Assembly: GCA_963705165.1 (NCBI GenBank)
Contig: CAVPJD010000028.1
Span: 1 to 61,308 of the forward strand
Direction of reading: 5' to 3'
Length of the DNA: 61,308 bases
Source: an uncultured delta proteobacterium
GTDB lineage: Bacteria > Desulfobacterota > Syntrophia > Syntrophales > UBA2192
Positions 38,001-47,894 of the stretch are shown in pieces (position 1 is the stretch's first letter; every line of letters begins with the position of its first letter). Under the pieces are notes generated by a model. It saw only the letters and a list, made by a program, of their open reading frames with translations. It did no database searches and was not told the origin of the DNA. The position numbers were made by a program, and so were the translations under genes.

Positions 38001-38513
38001 ATGAAGGGAAATCCGCGGCTTCTTTTGCCCATCGTGATGCTTTTGCTTCTTGCGGCTGCACCGGTTCACGGGTGGTCCGGGCGCGTCTCCGGAGTTGCCG
38101 ACGGAGACACGATCTCCGTTCTTCATGAAGGCAGGGCCGTCAAGATCCGTCTCTATGGCATCGACTGTCCCGAAAAGCATCAGGCCTTCGGACAGAAAGC
38201 GAAAACGTTTACCTCGCAGCTCGCTTTCGGCAAGGTGGTCGAGGTCGATCCCGTGACCCGCGACCGCTATGGCCGCACCGTCGCCTGGGTGCACGTCGGA
38301 GGCCGCTGCCTCAACGAGGAAATCCTCCGGGCCGGCTTCGCCTGGCACTTCAAGCGATACTCCCGCGACAGGCACCTGGCCGAACTCGAGTTGCAGGCCC
38401 GTGCCGCCCGGGCCGGTCTCTGGGGGGATCCGGCACCGATTGCGCCCTGGGAGTTTCGAAAGGCCCGCAGCGGCATACGGCCCAACCTGCAGACAGCCTC
38501 CGCATCGCGCTGA
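38001..38513 (+). CDS. Thermonuclease (SNase-like) family protein
   Basis: VADGDT, IRLYGIDCPE, DRYGRT, GLWGD..PWEFR. Confidence 0.95.
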   Translation: MKGNPRLLLPIVMLLLLAAAPVHGWSGRVSGVADGDTISVLHEGRAVKIRLYGIDCPEKHQAFGQKAKTFTSQLAFGKVVEVDPVTRDRYGRTVAWVHVGGRCLNEEILRAGFAWHFKRYSRDRHLAELELQARAARAGLWGDPAPIAPWEFRKARSGIRPNLQTASASR

Positions 38514-38539
38514 CGGATAGCGATGATGTCGGTTCTGAA

Positions 38540-38569
38540 TTGACAACACCCCTCAGACCCCTCTATACT
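38540..38569 (+). promoter_or_regulatory. Sigma-70 promoter
   Basis: TTGACA-N18-TATACT. Confidence 0.65.
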
Positions 38570-38599
38570 TTCCTCAAAACAAAAAGGAAAGGAACGGTC

Positions 38600-38977
38600 A
38601 TGCAGACCATGAAAACGGTATCGGCTGTTGTTGCTCTCCTTGTCCTGCTGGTCTCACTCGGCCTGTCCGGCTGCGCCAACCACACGCGAAGCGAAGCGGG
38701 CGCCCTGCTGTCCCAGGATTTCCGAAAGATGGACAACGACGAACTACTCCTCTATTACTACCGGCTCACCGAAGAGATCGATCGCACCGAGCGCTCCGGC
38801 TCCGGCTCGGCGTTCAGCATCGGCATCGGCGGCGGGAGTTGGGGGTCAGGGGGGGGCGGCGGCGTGGGCGTCTCCACAACAACCCCGGTAGGAGGGGGCG
38901 GCGGCACCTCCGATCTGCGGAACCGCCGTGCCGAGGTCCGGGCGGAGATGCAGCGCCGGAATATGAAAATTCCATGA
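38600..38977 (+). CDS. Small lipoprotein with Gly-rich segment
   Basis: Lipobox LSGC; SIGIGGGSWGSGGGGGVGVS. Confidence 0.8.
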   Translation: MQTMKTVSAVVALLVLLVSLGLSGCANHTRSEAGALLSQDFRKMDNDELLLYYYRLTEEIDRTERSGSGSAFSIGIGGGSWGSGGGGGVGVSTTTPVGGGGGTSDLRNRRAEVRAEMQRRNMKIP

Positions 38978-38980
38978 AAG

Positions 38981-39093
38981 CAGGGGCAAGGGTACAGGGT
39001 TAAGGGTCCAGGAAATGCGAAGAGGGAAGGTCGCTCTGCGTTCGTCCCTCTTTTTTGTTCCTGCCTGTACCCTGAACCCTGGCCCCTGAACCC
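38981..39093. repeat. Hairpin of heptamer repeats (AGGGTNN / NNACCCT)
   Basis: caagggt acagggt taagggt ... cctgtac cctgaac cctggcc cctgaac. Confidence 0.8.
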
Positions 39094-39108
39094 TACGGCC
39101 TTGGCCGC

Positions 39109-39124
39109 AGGCACCCTTCTTGCA
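39109..39124 (+). promoter_or_regulatory. Sigma-54 promoter
   Basis: aGGCACccttcTTGCA, near-consensus -24/-12. Confidence 0.7.
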
Positions 39125-39196
39125 CAATTTCGTTAAAAAAACCGGTCATTGCGCAAGGGCATGGGCGATAATGCAATTCTGAGAGATTGCCTCGCC

Positions 39197-40096
39197 ATGC
39201 CCGCAATGACGATCCCAGAACCCATGCCGACCACGCCGAAAACAAAAAAGCAAACAAAATCAAAGCCTCCCGGTGCAAAAAAGCGCCGGTGTCTCAACGC
39301 TATTCTCGGGGAGAACCGGACGCTCAAGGCCTGGTTGCGCCCCGGGAAATCTTCCCCGACTGAGGCCTTTGTCATCCTGGCCGACGGGCTCTCCTCGAAG
39401 GACCGGGAATTTCTTGCCTCCACTGCCGACCTTGTCGTCGATCCGGACGAGGATCTTATCGGCCTGATCGCCAGCCTGAAGCGCGAGAACAGGCAATTGA
39501 AGTCGCTCAGCTTGAGCGACGATCTCACGGGGCTCTACAACAAGCGGTTCTTCTCGGTCCAGCTCGAGATCGAGATGGCTCGGTCCCGGCGAACGGGAAT
39601 GCCCTGCAGCCTCATGATCATCGACTTCGACAATTTCAAGGAAATCAACGACCGGCTCGGCCACGACGAGGGCGACCGGTTTCTCATCCAGATGGGCGGG
39701 CTCATCCGCGAAAAGCTTCGTCCCACGGACTTCGTCTGCCGCTACGGCGGCGACGAGTTCGCCGGCATCATGCCCGCCACGTCGCTTTTGGACGCAATCG
39801 GCATCGCGAAGCGCCTCCAGGAGTTCACGGCCCACTTCACCTGGAAGATGGCCGTCCAGGTCTCGGCAAGTTTCGGCCTTGCCGCATTCGAGCCGTCTAA
39901 CCCGATGGATGCTGAAGAATTCTTCAAACGAGCCGATAGTGAATTGTATCGGGCCAAGAAGGCCGGAAAGAACCGCATCAGCCACCCCGCACAGGCTTCG
40001 ACCCAGGCCCGCCAGCGGGAGTCGGTCGCACACGAAGAGCGGGAGGCGCTGTTCAGCCTCGAGACGGCTTCGCCAGATAAGAGGGTGAGAAGGTGA
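39197..40096 (+). CDS. Diguanylate cyclase (GGDEF)
   Basis: DDLTGLYN, IDFDNFKEIND..GH..GD, RPTD I-site, RYGGDEF. Start uncertain (39149-39224). Confidence 0.93.
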   Translation: MPAMTIPEPMPTTPKTKKQTKSKPPGAKKRRCLNAILGENRTLKAWLRPGKSSPTEAFVILADGLSSKDREFLASTADLVVDPDEDLIGLIASLKRENRQLKSLSLSDDLTGLYNKRFFSVQLEIEMARSRRTGMPCSLMIIDFDNFKEINDRLGHDEGDRFLIQMGGLIREKLRPTDFVCRYGGDEFAGIMPATSLLDAIGIAKRLQEFTAHFTWKMAVQVSASFGLAAFEPSNPMDAEEFFKRADSELYRAKKAGKNRISHPAQASTQARQRESVAHEEREALFSLETASPDKRVRR

Positions 40097-40190
40097 AGAG
40101 GAGTGGAAGAGCGTGAGAAGAAAGCTGCGGCAAGGAAGCATGTCTTCTCCAGCTTGTCTCAACCTTCTTAACCTCTTACCGCTCTTCACC
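40085..40190. repeat. Hairpin of octamer repeats (GTGAGAAG / CTTCTTAA-type)
   Basis: Purine-rich arm, spacer, pyrimidine-rich arm; resembles 55703-55810. Confidence 0.65.
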
Positions 40191-40244
40191 TGCTGCATCT
40201 CGATACGCGCCGTGCGAAGAGCAGGCTGAAGGTTGCAGAAAGAA

Positions 40245-41067
40245 ATGACCACACAGCCCGACCAAGAGCCCCATCATCGCCACTGTCACGAGCGGCAAGG
40301 GCGGCGTTGGCAAGACCTTCGTCACGGTCAACCTCGCTGCGACCCTGGCCGCACAGGGCCGGAAGGTCCTCGTGGTGGACTGCGACCTGGGGCTCGCCAA
40401 CGTGGACATCATGCTGGGCGTCAGCCCCCGGCTGACCCTGAAGGATATCCTCTTCGGCAATGCCCTCCCGGAAGATGTCATTATCCCCGTCAAGGGCGGG
40501 TTCCACCTCCTGCCTGCCTGCTCCGGCGTGCGCGAGATGGCCCAGCTGCTCTACGAGAAGATTCAAATCGTGAAAACCGTGGTCCTCTCCCTGGAGGGCT
40601 ACGATGTCATCCTGCTCGACACGGGCGCGGGGATCGCCGAGACGGTCCTCCAGTTCAACCTGCTGGCCCCCCGCAACATCGTCGTTTTGAACCGGGAACT
40701 CACGTCGATCACCGACGCGTACGCCACAATGAAGGTCCTGCACCAGGTTTTCGGACGGGACACCTTCAGTCTCATCGCCAATGCCGTGGCCGACGAGCGC
40801 GAGGGAGAGAAAATCTTTCACCACGTCGACGGCATTTGCCGGCGGTTCCTGGGATTTGCCCTGGACTACCTGGGCCCCGTCTTCCGGGACGAGGCGGTGC
40901 CGCGATCCATTCTCCGCCAGGAGCCTCTCGTCCTTGCCGACGCCGGATCGAAGACGGCGGCCTGCTTCGGCCGGATCGCCGGGGCCGTGAGCCACTGGGG
41001 GCAGCCCCAACCCCGGGGGAAGGCGATTCCCGGAACGGAGGTCAGCACCCGGGACGTATTGCATTGA
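40245..41067 (+). pseudogene. MinD/FleN(FlhG)-like ATPase with a frameshift in codon 5
   Basis: SGKGGVGKT, DCDLGLAN, DTGAG, SITDAYA. ATG 40245 is out of frame by one extra C at 40257-40259; the Walker A frame has TGA at 40246. Confidence 0.85.
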
Positions 41068-41088
41068 GAGAAGCCGCAAGCCTAAAAA

Positions 41089-41216
41089 AAGTGTCTACGT
41101 GAAAAAACAGTGTCTGAGTGTCTGAGTGAAGAAAAGAGTTCATAACGGGACCAGGATCTGCCGAATGTTGGTTTCTTCACTCAGACACTTAGACACGTAA
41201 GCACTTAGGCACTTTT
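41089..41216. repeat. Hairpin of octamer repeats (AGTGTCTG / CAGACACT)
   Basis: agtgtctg agtgtctg agtgaagaaa ... tttcttcact cagacact tagacacg taagcact taggcact. Confidence 0.8.
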
Positions 41217-41307
41217 TTGTTCCTAAAATATTCATGGACATTTCATAAAAACATGCTAGTTTTAGTCATTGAGCAATATGTTCGCGGTTTCATGGAGGTT
41301 TTCATCG

Positions 41308-42657
41308 ATGAAAAATGCCAAGGGTAAACTTTTAGGGACCCTCTGCCTTATTCTGATGATGTTTATCGTCTTCGGCCCCTATGGTGACAGCCGGGTGTCG
41401 GCTGTCGACTCATCCACGTACAAAAGCCTCAAGCTCTTCAACGAGGTCCTCGATATGGTCGAGAAGAACTACGTTGAAGAGGTGAAGCAGAAAAAGCTGA
41501 TCGACGAGGCCGTCTCCGGGATGATCAAGTCCCTGGATCCCCACAGCGCCTACCTGACGCCGGAGCAGTTCAAGGAGCTCCAGGTGGACACGAGCGGGAC
41601 CTTCGGGGGGCTGGGGATCGTGATTGCCATGCAGAACGACCAGCTCACCGTCGTCTCACCCATCGAGGACACCCCCGCGTTCAAGGCCGGGATCAAGGCC
41701 GGCGACCGGATCGTGAAGATCGACGGCCAGATCACGAAGGGGATGACCATCCAGGACGCCGTGAAGAAGATGCGGGGCCCCGAGAACAGCAAGGTGACCC
41801 TGACGATCCTCCGCAAGGACATGAAAGAGCCCAAGGATTACGTCATCACCCGGGCCGTGATCAAGATCAAGAGCGTGAAACACAGCATGTACGAGGGCAA
41901 CATCGGCTATATCCGCATCTCCGCCTTCCAGGAATCGACGGTGGATGAGCTCCGGACGGCCCTCCAGCAGGTCAACGGCAAGTCCAATACCCTCAAGGGG
42001 ATCGTCATCGACGTCCGGAACAATCCGGGAGGGCTCCTCGACCAGGCCGTGAAGGCCTCAGACGCTTTCCTCAAAACGGGGACCATTGTCTCGACGAAGG
42101 GCCGCGTGAAGGCCATCGAACACAAGTTCGTCGCAAAGGATGACGGCACCGAGCCCACGGTCCCCATGGTGGTCCTCGTCAACGAGGGCACGGCCAGCGC
42201 CTCGGAGATTCTCGCGGGAGCCCTGCAGGATAACAGCCGCGCCATCGTCCTGGGGATGCAGACCTTCGGGAAGGGCTCGGTGCAGACCGTGATCCCCCTC
42301 GAGGACGGCTCGGCCCTGAAGCTGACGACGGCCAAGTATTACACGCCAAACGGCCGCTCCATCCAGGCCGAGGGCATCAAGCCCGACATCGTCGTCGAGC
42401 TCGCGCGTCAGGCCGAGGGCCCCGAGACAGCCGAGGCCCAGATGCTGCGGGAGAAGGATCTCAAGGGCCATATCAAAGGCGAGCGCGAAGGCGAGCCAAC
42501 GCCCGCCCCAGACAAGGACAAAAACAAGGACAAAAACAAAGACAAGGACAAAGATAAAGACAAGGAGAAAACCGATCTCCAGCGGGACAACCAGCTGAAG
42601 AGCGCCATCGACATCCTCAAGAGCTGGGAGGTATTCAAGCGCATCGGTAAGAACTGA
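41308..42657 (+). CDS. ctpA: Carboxyl-terminal processing protease (S41)
   Basis: LDPHS, PDZ GGLGI, DVRNNPGG, TASASEI, TFGKGSVQ. Confidence 0.96.
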   Translation: MKNAKGKLLGTLCLILMMFIVFGPYGDSRVSAVDSSTYKSLKLFNEVLDMVEKNYVEEVKQKKLIDEAVSGMIKSLDPHSAYLTPEQFKELQVDTSGTFGGLGIVIAMQNDQLTVVSPIEDTPAFKAGIKAGDRIVKIDGQITKGMTIQDAVKKMRGPENSKVTLTILRKDMKEPKDYVITRAVIKIKSVKHSMYEGNIGYIRISAFQESTVDELRTALQQVNGKSNTLKGIVIDVRNNPGGLLDQAVKASDAFLKTGTIVSTKGRVKAIEHKFVAKDDGTEPTVPMVVLVNEGTASASEILAGALQDNSRAIVLGMQTFGKGSVQTVIPLEDGSALKLTTAKYYTPNGRSIQAEGIKPDIVVELARQAEGPETAEAQMLREKDLKGHIKGEREGEPTPAPDKDKNKDKNKDKDKDKDKEKTDLQRDNQLKSAIDILKSWEVFKRIGKN

Positions 42658-42674
42658 AAAGCCCGGTACGACCC

Positions 42675-43625
42675 TTGAAGCGAAGGAAAAAAAGGCGATC
42701 CTCCGGCAAGCGGGGCGTGAGGGTGGCCCTTGCTCTCCTGATCGCCTGCATAGCGGGGATCGTGGCCGTCTGGCTGATACCCGACGGCGATCGCAGGAAC
42801 GCTCCCCCCCCTCCACAGGCCTTATCGACGGAGGAGAAAATTGAAAATGCCGCCGAACCGGAACGGGTCGGCAGCCCCCCTGCTTTCGTGAGGAAGGTCG
42901 AGAGAAAGAAGATCGCCATCCTCATCGACGACATCGGTTACGATCCCGGGGTCCTGAGAAGGCTCCTGGCCATCGAGGCCCCCCTGGCCTTCTCCGTCCT
43001 GCCGCACATTCCCCACTCCAGGTCTTCCGCCGAGGCGGTTCACCGGGCGGGAAAAGAGGTCCTGCTCCACCTTCCCATGGAACCTCACGGCTACCCGGAC
43101 CGCAATCCCGGGCGGGGTGCCCTTTTCGCCTCCATGACAGCCCGCGAGATCCGAAAGATCCTGGAAGAGGACATGAAATCGGTGCCCCGTGCCGAAGGGG
43201 TCAACAACCATATGGGCTCGAAGTTCATGGAGGAGCGCGAGCCGCTCCGGGTCGTTTTTGACGTGCTGCGCGGGCGGGGCCTCTACTTCGTGGACAGCAT
43301 GACGACGGACGCCTCGGTGGCCCGGGAGCTGGCCGCAGAGAAGAATCTCCGGTTCGCACCGCGGGACCTTTTCATTGACGATGCCGAGGACCGGAGATGG
43401 GCCAGGGTTCACCTGGAGAGGCTTCTCGAGACCCGCAGCGAGTGGAACGAGCTTCTCCTGATCGGTCATCCTTACCCGGAAACGGTCGCCGCCCTGGAGG
43501 AAATGATCCCCAGGTTCCAGTCCCGGGGCATCGAGTTTGTGCCCCTTTCCGCCCTCGTCGATAGCAGGCAAGGCCCCCGGACAAGCGGGCTTGACGGGAA
43601 TAAAAACAAGAACAGGACACCATGA
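42675..43625 (+). CDS. Divergent polysaccharide deacetylase (YibQ family)
   Basis: IDDIG, LHLPMEP, NNHMGS, FVDSMT, IGHP. Confidence 0.93.
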   Translation: MKRRKKRRSSGKRGVRVALALLIACIAGIVAVWLIPDGDRRNAPPPPQALSTEEKIENAAEPERVGSPPAFVRKVERKKIAILIDDIGYDPGVLRRLLAIEAPLAFSVLPHIPHSRSSAEAVHRAGKEVLLHLPMEPHGYPDRNPGRGALFASMTAREIRKILEEDMKSVPRAEGVNNHMGSKFMEEREPLRVVFDVLRGRGLYFVDSMTTDASVARELAAEKNLRFAPRDLFIDDAEDRRWARVHLERLLETRSEWNELLLIGHPYPETVAALEEMIPRFQSRGIEFVPLSALVDSRQGPRTSGLDGNKNKNRTP

Positions 43626-45325
43626 AAGAAAAAATTCGTAACGCCCTCGTGCTGGCTGTCGTGCTCGTCGCCTTGACCGTGCCTGTCGCCCAGGCAACGG
43701 CACAGGACATCGGGACCGGGGAATCCTCCGGAGGGGCCCCGTATCACTATTCGCTCGGCACGAAACTCATGCTGGACGGCAAACTCTCCGAGGCAGCCAA
43801 GGAGTATGAGAAGGCCCTCTCCCTGGACCCGAAGTCGGCCTTCCTCGCCGCGGAGCTGGCCTCTCTCTACGTGAAAATGGGGGAACTCGACCGGGCGCTT
43901 TCCGTCTGTGAGCAGTCCCTCATCCATAACCCCGGTCAGGTGGAAACCTACGGCCTCATGGGTAGCATCTACCTCTTCAAAAAAGACTACGACCAGGCCA
44001 TCGGGGCCTACAAGCGCGTGATCGCCCTGGACCCGAAAAGCTATGACACCTATCTCTACCTCAGCGTGATCTACGCCGAGACAAAGCGCTACGAAGAATC
44101 CGTAGCAATCTTGAAAACCCTCCTCGCGCAGGACCCCAAGAGCGTCATGGGGCACTACTATCTCGGCAAGATCTACGGGGAGATGAAGCTCTACAAGGAT
44201 GCCTCGGCCTGGATGGAGAAGGCCATCGCCCTGAAGCCGGGATTCGAGTCGGCCCTCTCCGATCTCGCGCTGCTCTGCGAGATTCAGAACGAAAGCGGCA
44301 AGGCGCGGGAGATCTACAGGCAGCTGATCGAGGAGCACCCCCAGCGCATGGGATACCGGCTGCGCCTGGCAAAACTGGACATCCGGGAAAAGAAGTACAA
44401 CGAGGCCATCGGGATTCTCGAGGACGTCCTGAAGATGGATGGCCGCAACCGGGAGGCGCGCCTCACGCTGGCCCTGGCCCTCATGGAAACGCAGAAGCCC
44501 GAGCGTGCCATCGAGGAGCTGAACACCCTGCTGGCGAGCGCCCCCAACGACCAGGAGGCGCGCTACTTCCTCGGGGGGGCCTACGAGGAAAAGAAGATGA
44601 TGGCCGAGGCCCTGCGGGAGTACGAGCGCATCCCGGTCACCTCGCCACTCTACGGAAGCGCCCAGGTCCGGGCAGGTTACATCCTGAAGAGCCAGGGGAA
44701 AACGGGCGAGGCCATCGAGAAGGCGAAAAAGGCCCTGGCCGAAAAGAAGAGCGACGCGGCCCTCTACGGCCTGCTGGCTTCTCTCTACGAGGCCGACGGC
44801 AAGCTCGCCGAGGCCGAGACAACCCTCAAGGAGGGGCTCGCGGCAGCGCCGAAGAGCACCGACCTGCGCTACCGGCTCGGCATGCTCTACGACAGGATGG
44901 GGCGCTCCGACGACGGCATCCGCGAGATGGAGGAAATTCTGAAAGATGACCCCGACAGCCCCGAGGCTCTCAACTTCATCGGTTACAGCTGGGCCGACCG
45001 CGGGATCAAGCTCGACGAGGCCGAGGCCATGATCAAGAAGGCCCTCTCGTTGAAACCGGGCGACGGCTTCATCACCGACAGCCTCGGCTGGGTCTACTAC
45101 CGGAAGAACCGGATCGACGAGGCCATCAAGTACCTGAAGGAAGCGGCTGCCATCCTGCCGGAAGACGCGGCCATCGCCGATCACCTGGGCGACGCCTACG
45201 CGAAGGCCGGAAAGCCCAAGGATGCCCTGGAACAGTATCAGAAGGCCCTGAAGCTCAAGCCCGACATGAAGGGCCTGAAAGAGAAGATCGAGGGACTCGA
45301 GGCAGGCAAGGGCGGGAAGAGATGA
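43622..45325 (+). CDS. Periplasmic tetratricopeptide repeat protein
   Basis: Signal peptide, many TPRs, ALNFIGY, DSLGWVYY, HLGD. Confidence 0.92.
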   Translation: MKEKIRNALVLAVVLVALTVPVAQATAQDIGTGESSGGAPYHYSLGTKLMLDGKLSEAAKEYEKALSLDPKSAFLAAELASLYVKMGELDRALSVCEQSLIHNPGQVETYGLMGSIYLFKKDYDQAIGAYKRVIALDPKSYDTYLYLSVIYAETKRYEESVAILKTLLAQDPKSVMGHYYLGKIYGEMKLYKDASAWMEKAIALKPGFESALSDLALLCEIQNESGKAREIYRQLIEEHPQRMGYRLRLAKLDIREKKYNEAIGILEDVLKMDGRNREARLTLALALMETQKPERAIEELNTLLASAPNDQEARYFLGGAYEEKKMMAEALREYERIPVTSPLYGSAQVRAGYILKSQGKTGEAIEKAKKALAEKKSDAALYGLLASLYEADGKLAEAETTLKEGLAAAPKSTDLRYRLGMLYDRMGRSDDGIREMEEILKDDPDSPEALNFIGYSWADRGIKLDEAEAMIKKALSLKPGDGFITDSLGWVYYRKNRIDEAIKYLKEAAAILPEDAAIADHLGDAYAKAGKPKDALEQYQKALKLKPDMKGLKEKIEGLEAGKGGKR

Positions 45326-45349
45326 GGCAGGCACCGCCCCTTAGATTGA

Positions 45350-45458
45350 GAAGTTAGGAAGTGAAGAAGAGCGGAAGAGCGGATAAGAAAGAAACATCAC
45401 CGTCGTTTCATGTTTCTTTTCTCGTCCGCTCTTCCTCGCTTCCGATCTTCCGATCTTC
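45350..45458. repeat. Hairpin of octamer repeats (GAAGAGCG / CGCTCTTC)
   Basis: Same family as 1009-1099. Confidence 0.8.
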
Positions 45459-45483
45459 GTAAACGCTGCATCCGAAGATTCAC

Positions 45484-46299
45484 TTGATGCTGAAATCCAT
45501 GATCATACGAAAATCCGTCATCACGCTCGCCGCATGCTGCCTCATCGGGTCGCTGGCCGGGTGCGCCCATGAAAAGGAGATGGCCGTTTCCGAAGCCGAC
45601 ATGCCGCCCCCGGAAGCACTCTACGAAAGACTCACCGCCGATGCCGCCCCTGGAAAGTCGCTCATCGGGATCCTTCATGTCGCGGCAAGCCTGCCCGGCG
45701 AGCGCCACACCTTGAGGATCGCCGCGGCGGCAAAACGTCCCGATTGCCTTCGGCTGGAGGACCTGTCGGTCATCGGGCTTCCGGACTTCATGCTTACGGT
45801 GAAAGGGGCCGAAATCCGGATGTTCCTGCCCCGCTCGGGGGAGTTTTGGGTCGGGACGGAATCATCGGAGCACATCCTGCGCCTCTTCCCGCCGGCGGTG
45901 AAGCCCCTGGACCTCGTGGCGCTCCTTTACGGGCACCCCCCGGGCGTATCGGGCGCGAAGAGCCTGAAAGGTTCCGTAGACGGAAATCGCTTCCGCATGG
46001 ACGTGTATGCGGGGGGCGCGTGGGTGCAGTCCCTGTGGGTCGATCCGGCCACGGGCCGCCTGGCAAAGGTTGAAATCGCCGACGGTCACGGGAAGACGGC
46101 TTACAGAGCCCTGCTTCACGACTTTGTGAAGATGGGTTCGCTTGCCGTGCCCGCAAGAATCGAGATCGAAACGGAAGGAATGGCGAAGGTCCGTCTCTCC
46201 ATCCGCAACACGGACATGGAGCTCGTCTCGCGCGATGACGACCCGGATTTCTTCCTCCTCAAGCCCCCCGAAGGCATCACCCCGAGGCTCTCCAACTAA
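45484..46299 (+). CDS. LolA/LolB-fold-like lipoprotein (DUF4292-like)
   Basis: Lipobox LAGC, beta-rich, follows the TPR gene as lolB-like genes often do. Confidence 0.6.
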   Translation: MMLKSMIIRKSVITLAACCLIGSLAGCAHEKEMAVSEADMPPPEALYERLTADAAPGKSLIGILHVAASLPGERHTLRIAAAAKRPDCLRLEDLSVIGLPDFMLTVKGAEIRMFLPRSGEFWVGTESSEHILRLFPPAVKPLDLVALLYGHPPGVSGAKSLKGSVDGNRFRMDVYAGGAWVQSLWVDPATGRLAKVEIADGHGKTAYRALLHDFVKMGSLAVPARIEIETEGMAKVRLSIRNTDMELVSRDDDPDFFLLKPPEGITPRLSN

Positions 46300-46430
46300 A
46301 AAGGGCGCTCAGCCTCACGGCCGGCGCCCTGTCGTTCGTTTCGTTTATTCGTCTATTTCGTTTGTTTCGTCAGGAAACCCGGATCCTCTTCACACGCTAC
46401 CCGCTACACGCGACACGCTTCTTTCGGCCG

Positions 46431-47261
46431 CTACTTCTTCTTCAACTCCGAGAGTTTGGCCTTGGCCACCCGCGCCTGGTTGGTCTGCGGGTATTTCTTG
46501 ACGATCTGCTGGTAGACGATTCCGGCGCTCGCCTTGTCGCCGAGCTTCTGGAAGGCCATCCCCTGTTTCAAAAGCGCGTAAGGAACCTTGTCGCCCGACG
46601 GGTAATCCTTCACGACTTTCTCGTACTCCACGATGGCCCTTTCGTACTTCTCCTCGATGTACCAGGTCTCGCCGATCCAGAACTGGGCATTGTCCGAATA
46701 GGCCGTCTTGGGATACTGCTTCAGGAATTTCAGGAATTCCTCCCGGGCCTTGACATACTGGCCCTCTTTGAAGAGCTTGTAGCAGGCATTGTAGGCCGCC
46801 TCCACGTCGTTCTTCGGCTCCGTCGTCGCCTCGTCGGCCCCGGCCTGTCCTTCGACCTTTGCACCGTTGGGGGTTTCCTTCTTCGCGATGCCGAGGAAGT
46901 TTTCGATGTAGCCGATCCGGAATGCCATGTCGTCCAGGCGGCTCTTGAGGTTCTGCCCCTTGCCCACACCGGAGAATTCCTTGTTCATCTCCTCGACCTG
47001 GCCCCGCATGGTCTGGACGCTGTCCCGGACACTGCCGAAGTCCGCGCCCAGATCGGCCTGGTTTTTTCTCAGGTCTTTTGTCGTATCGCCGTAGTTCTTC
47101 TCGAGCGCATCGAGCCGGGTCTGGAGCTTCTGCATATCCGACTGCTGGGACGAGATCTTGCTCTCGTAGTCCCGCTGGGTCTTTTTCAGATCGTCCGATG
47201 TAGCGCAACTTGAAATCAAGAAAAGCAAGAGGGGAATCAGAAGGATGATCCGTGTTTTCAC
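46431..47261 (-). CDS. cpoB: Tol-Pal system protein CpoB/YbgF
   Basis: Lipobox, coiled coil, NAQFWIGE, KVPYALLKQG; downstream of pal. Confidence 0.93.
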   Translation of the reverse strand: MKTRIILLIPLLLFLISSCATSDDLKKTQRDYESKISSQQSDMQKLQTRLDALEKNYGDTTKDLRKNQADLGADFGSVRDSVQTMRGQVEEMNKEFSGVGKGQNLKSRLDDMAFRIGYIENFLGIAKKETPNGAKVEGQAGADEATTEPKNDVEAAYNACYKLFKEGQYVKAREEFLKFLKQYPKTAYSDNAQFWIGETWYIEEKYERAIVEYEKVVKDYPSGDKVPYALLKQGMAFQKLGDKASAGIVYQQIVKKYPQTNQARVAKAKLSELKKK

Positions 47262-47282
47262 GATGTGACCTCCCATGTCGAG

Positions 47283-47894
47283 CTACTTCTTTTCGGAGTA
47301 AACGAATGTCGCGTTGCGGTTCTTCAACCAGCAGGCCTCTGTCGCCTCCGAGCAGAGCGGGCGCTCCTCGCCGTAGCTGATCGTCTTGATCCGCTTGCGG
47401 TCGATACCGAGAGTTTGCAGGTAGCGGGCTGCGCTGTCGGCCCTGTGCTGGCCGAGGGCGAGGTTGTACTCGTTGGTCCCGCGATCGTCACAGTTGCCTT
47501 CGATCGTGAGGGTCTTCTTCGGGCTTGCCTTGAGCTGACCGGCCACCCTGCCCAGGATCTCCCGGGCTTCGTTGCTGAGCTCCACGCGGTCGAATTCGAA
47601 ATAGATCCGAGAAAGGTCCTTGAGGCTCGCCGCATCGGCTGCCGCCTTGTCGCGCTCCGCCCGCTCGCGGGCTTCCTGGTCCCGGATGGCCTGCTCGCGC
47701 AGGGCCCGGTCACGGGCTTCCTGATCGGCCCGCTGCTTGGCCAGTTCCTCTTCCGAGAGCCCCGGTTTCGTCCCGGGTTTCGTTACGTCCTCCTTCGTGG
47801 CCTTTTTCGGGGCGCTGCAACCGCTTGTCAGCGTGAATGCCATCACCAACGCCATGCATACAGCCAGAAGGATCCCGTATCGTTTCATTTGCAC
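47283..47894 (-). CDS. pal: Peptidoglycan-associated lipoprotein
   Basis: IYFEFD, EGNCDDRGTNEYNLALG, SYGEERP, KNR. Confidence 0.96.
   Translation of the reverse strand: MQMKRYGILLAVCMALVMAFTLTSGCSAPKKATKEDVTKPGTKPGLSEEELAKQRADQEARDRALREQAIRDQEARERAERDKAAADAASLKDLSRIYFEFDRVELSNEAREILGRVAGQLKASPKKTLTIEGNCDDRGTNEYNLALGQHRADSAARYLQTLGIDRKRIKTISYGEERPLCSEATEACWLKNRNATFVYSEKK

Noticed and set aside
6623..41200. The whole accessory region as a prophage or ICE
   Set aside because: No integrase, phage, conjugation or replication genes, and most genes have host-like codon usage.
42511..42570. GACAAG-type hexamer repeat in ctpA
   Set aside because: It encodes a DK/NK low-complexity linker in a variable region of the protein, not a separate element.
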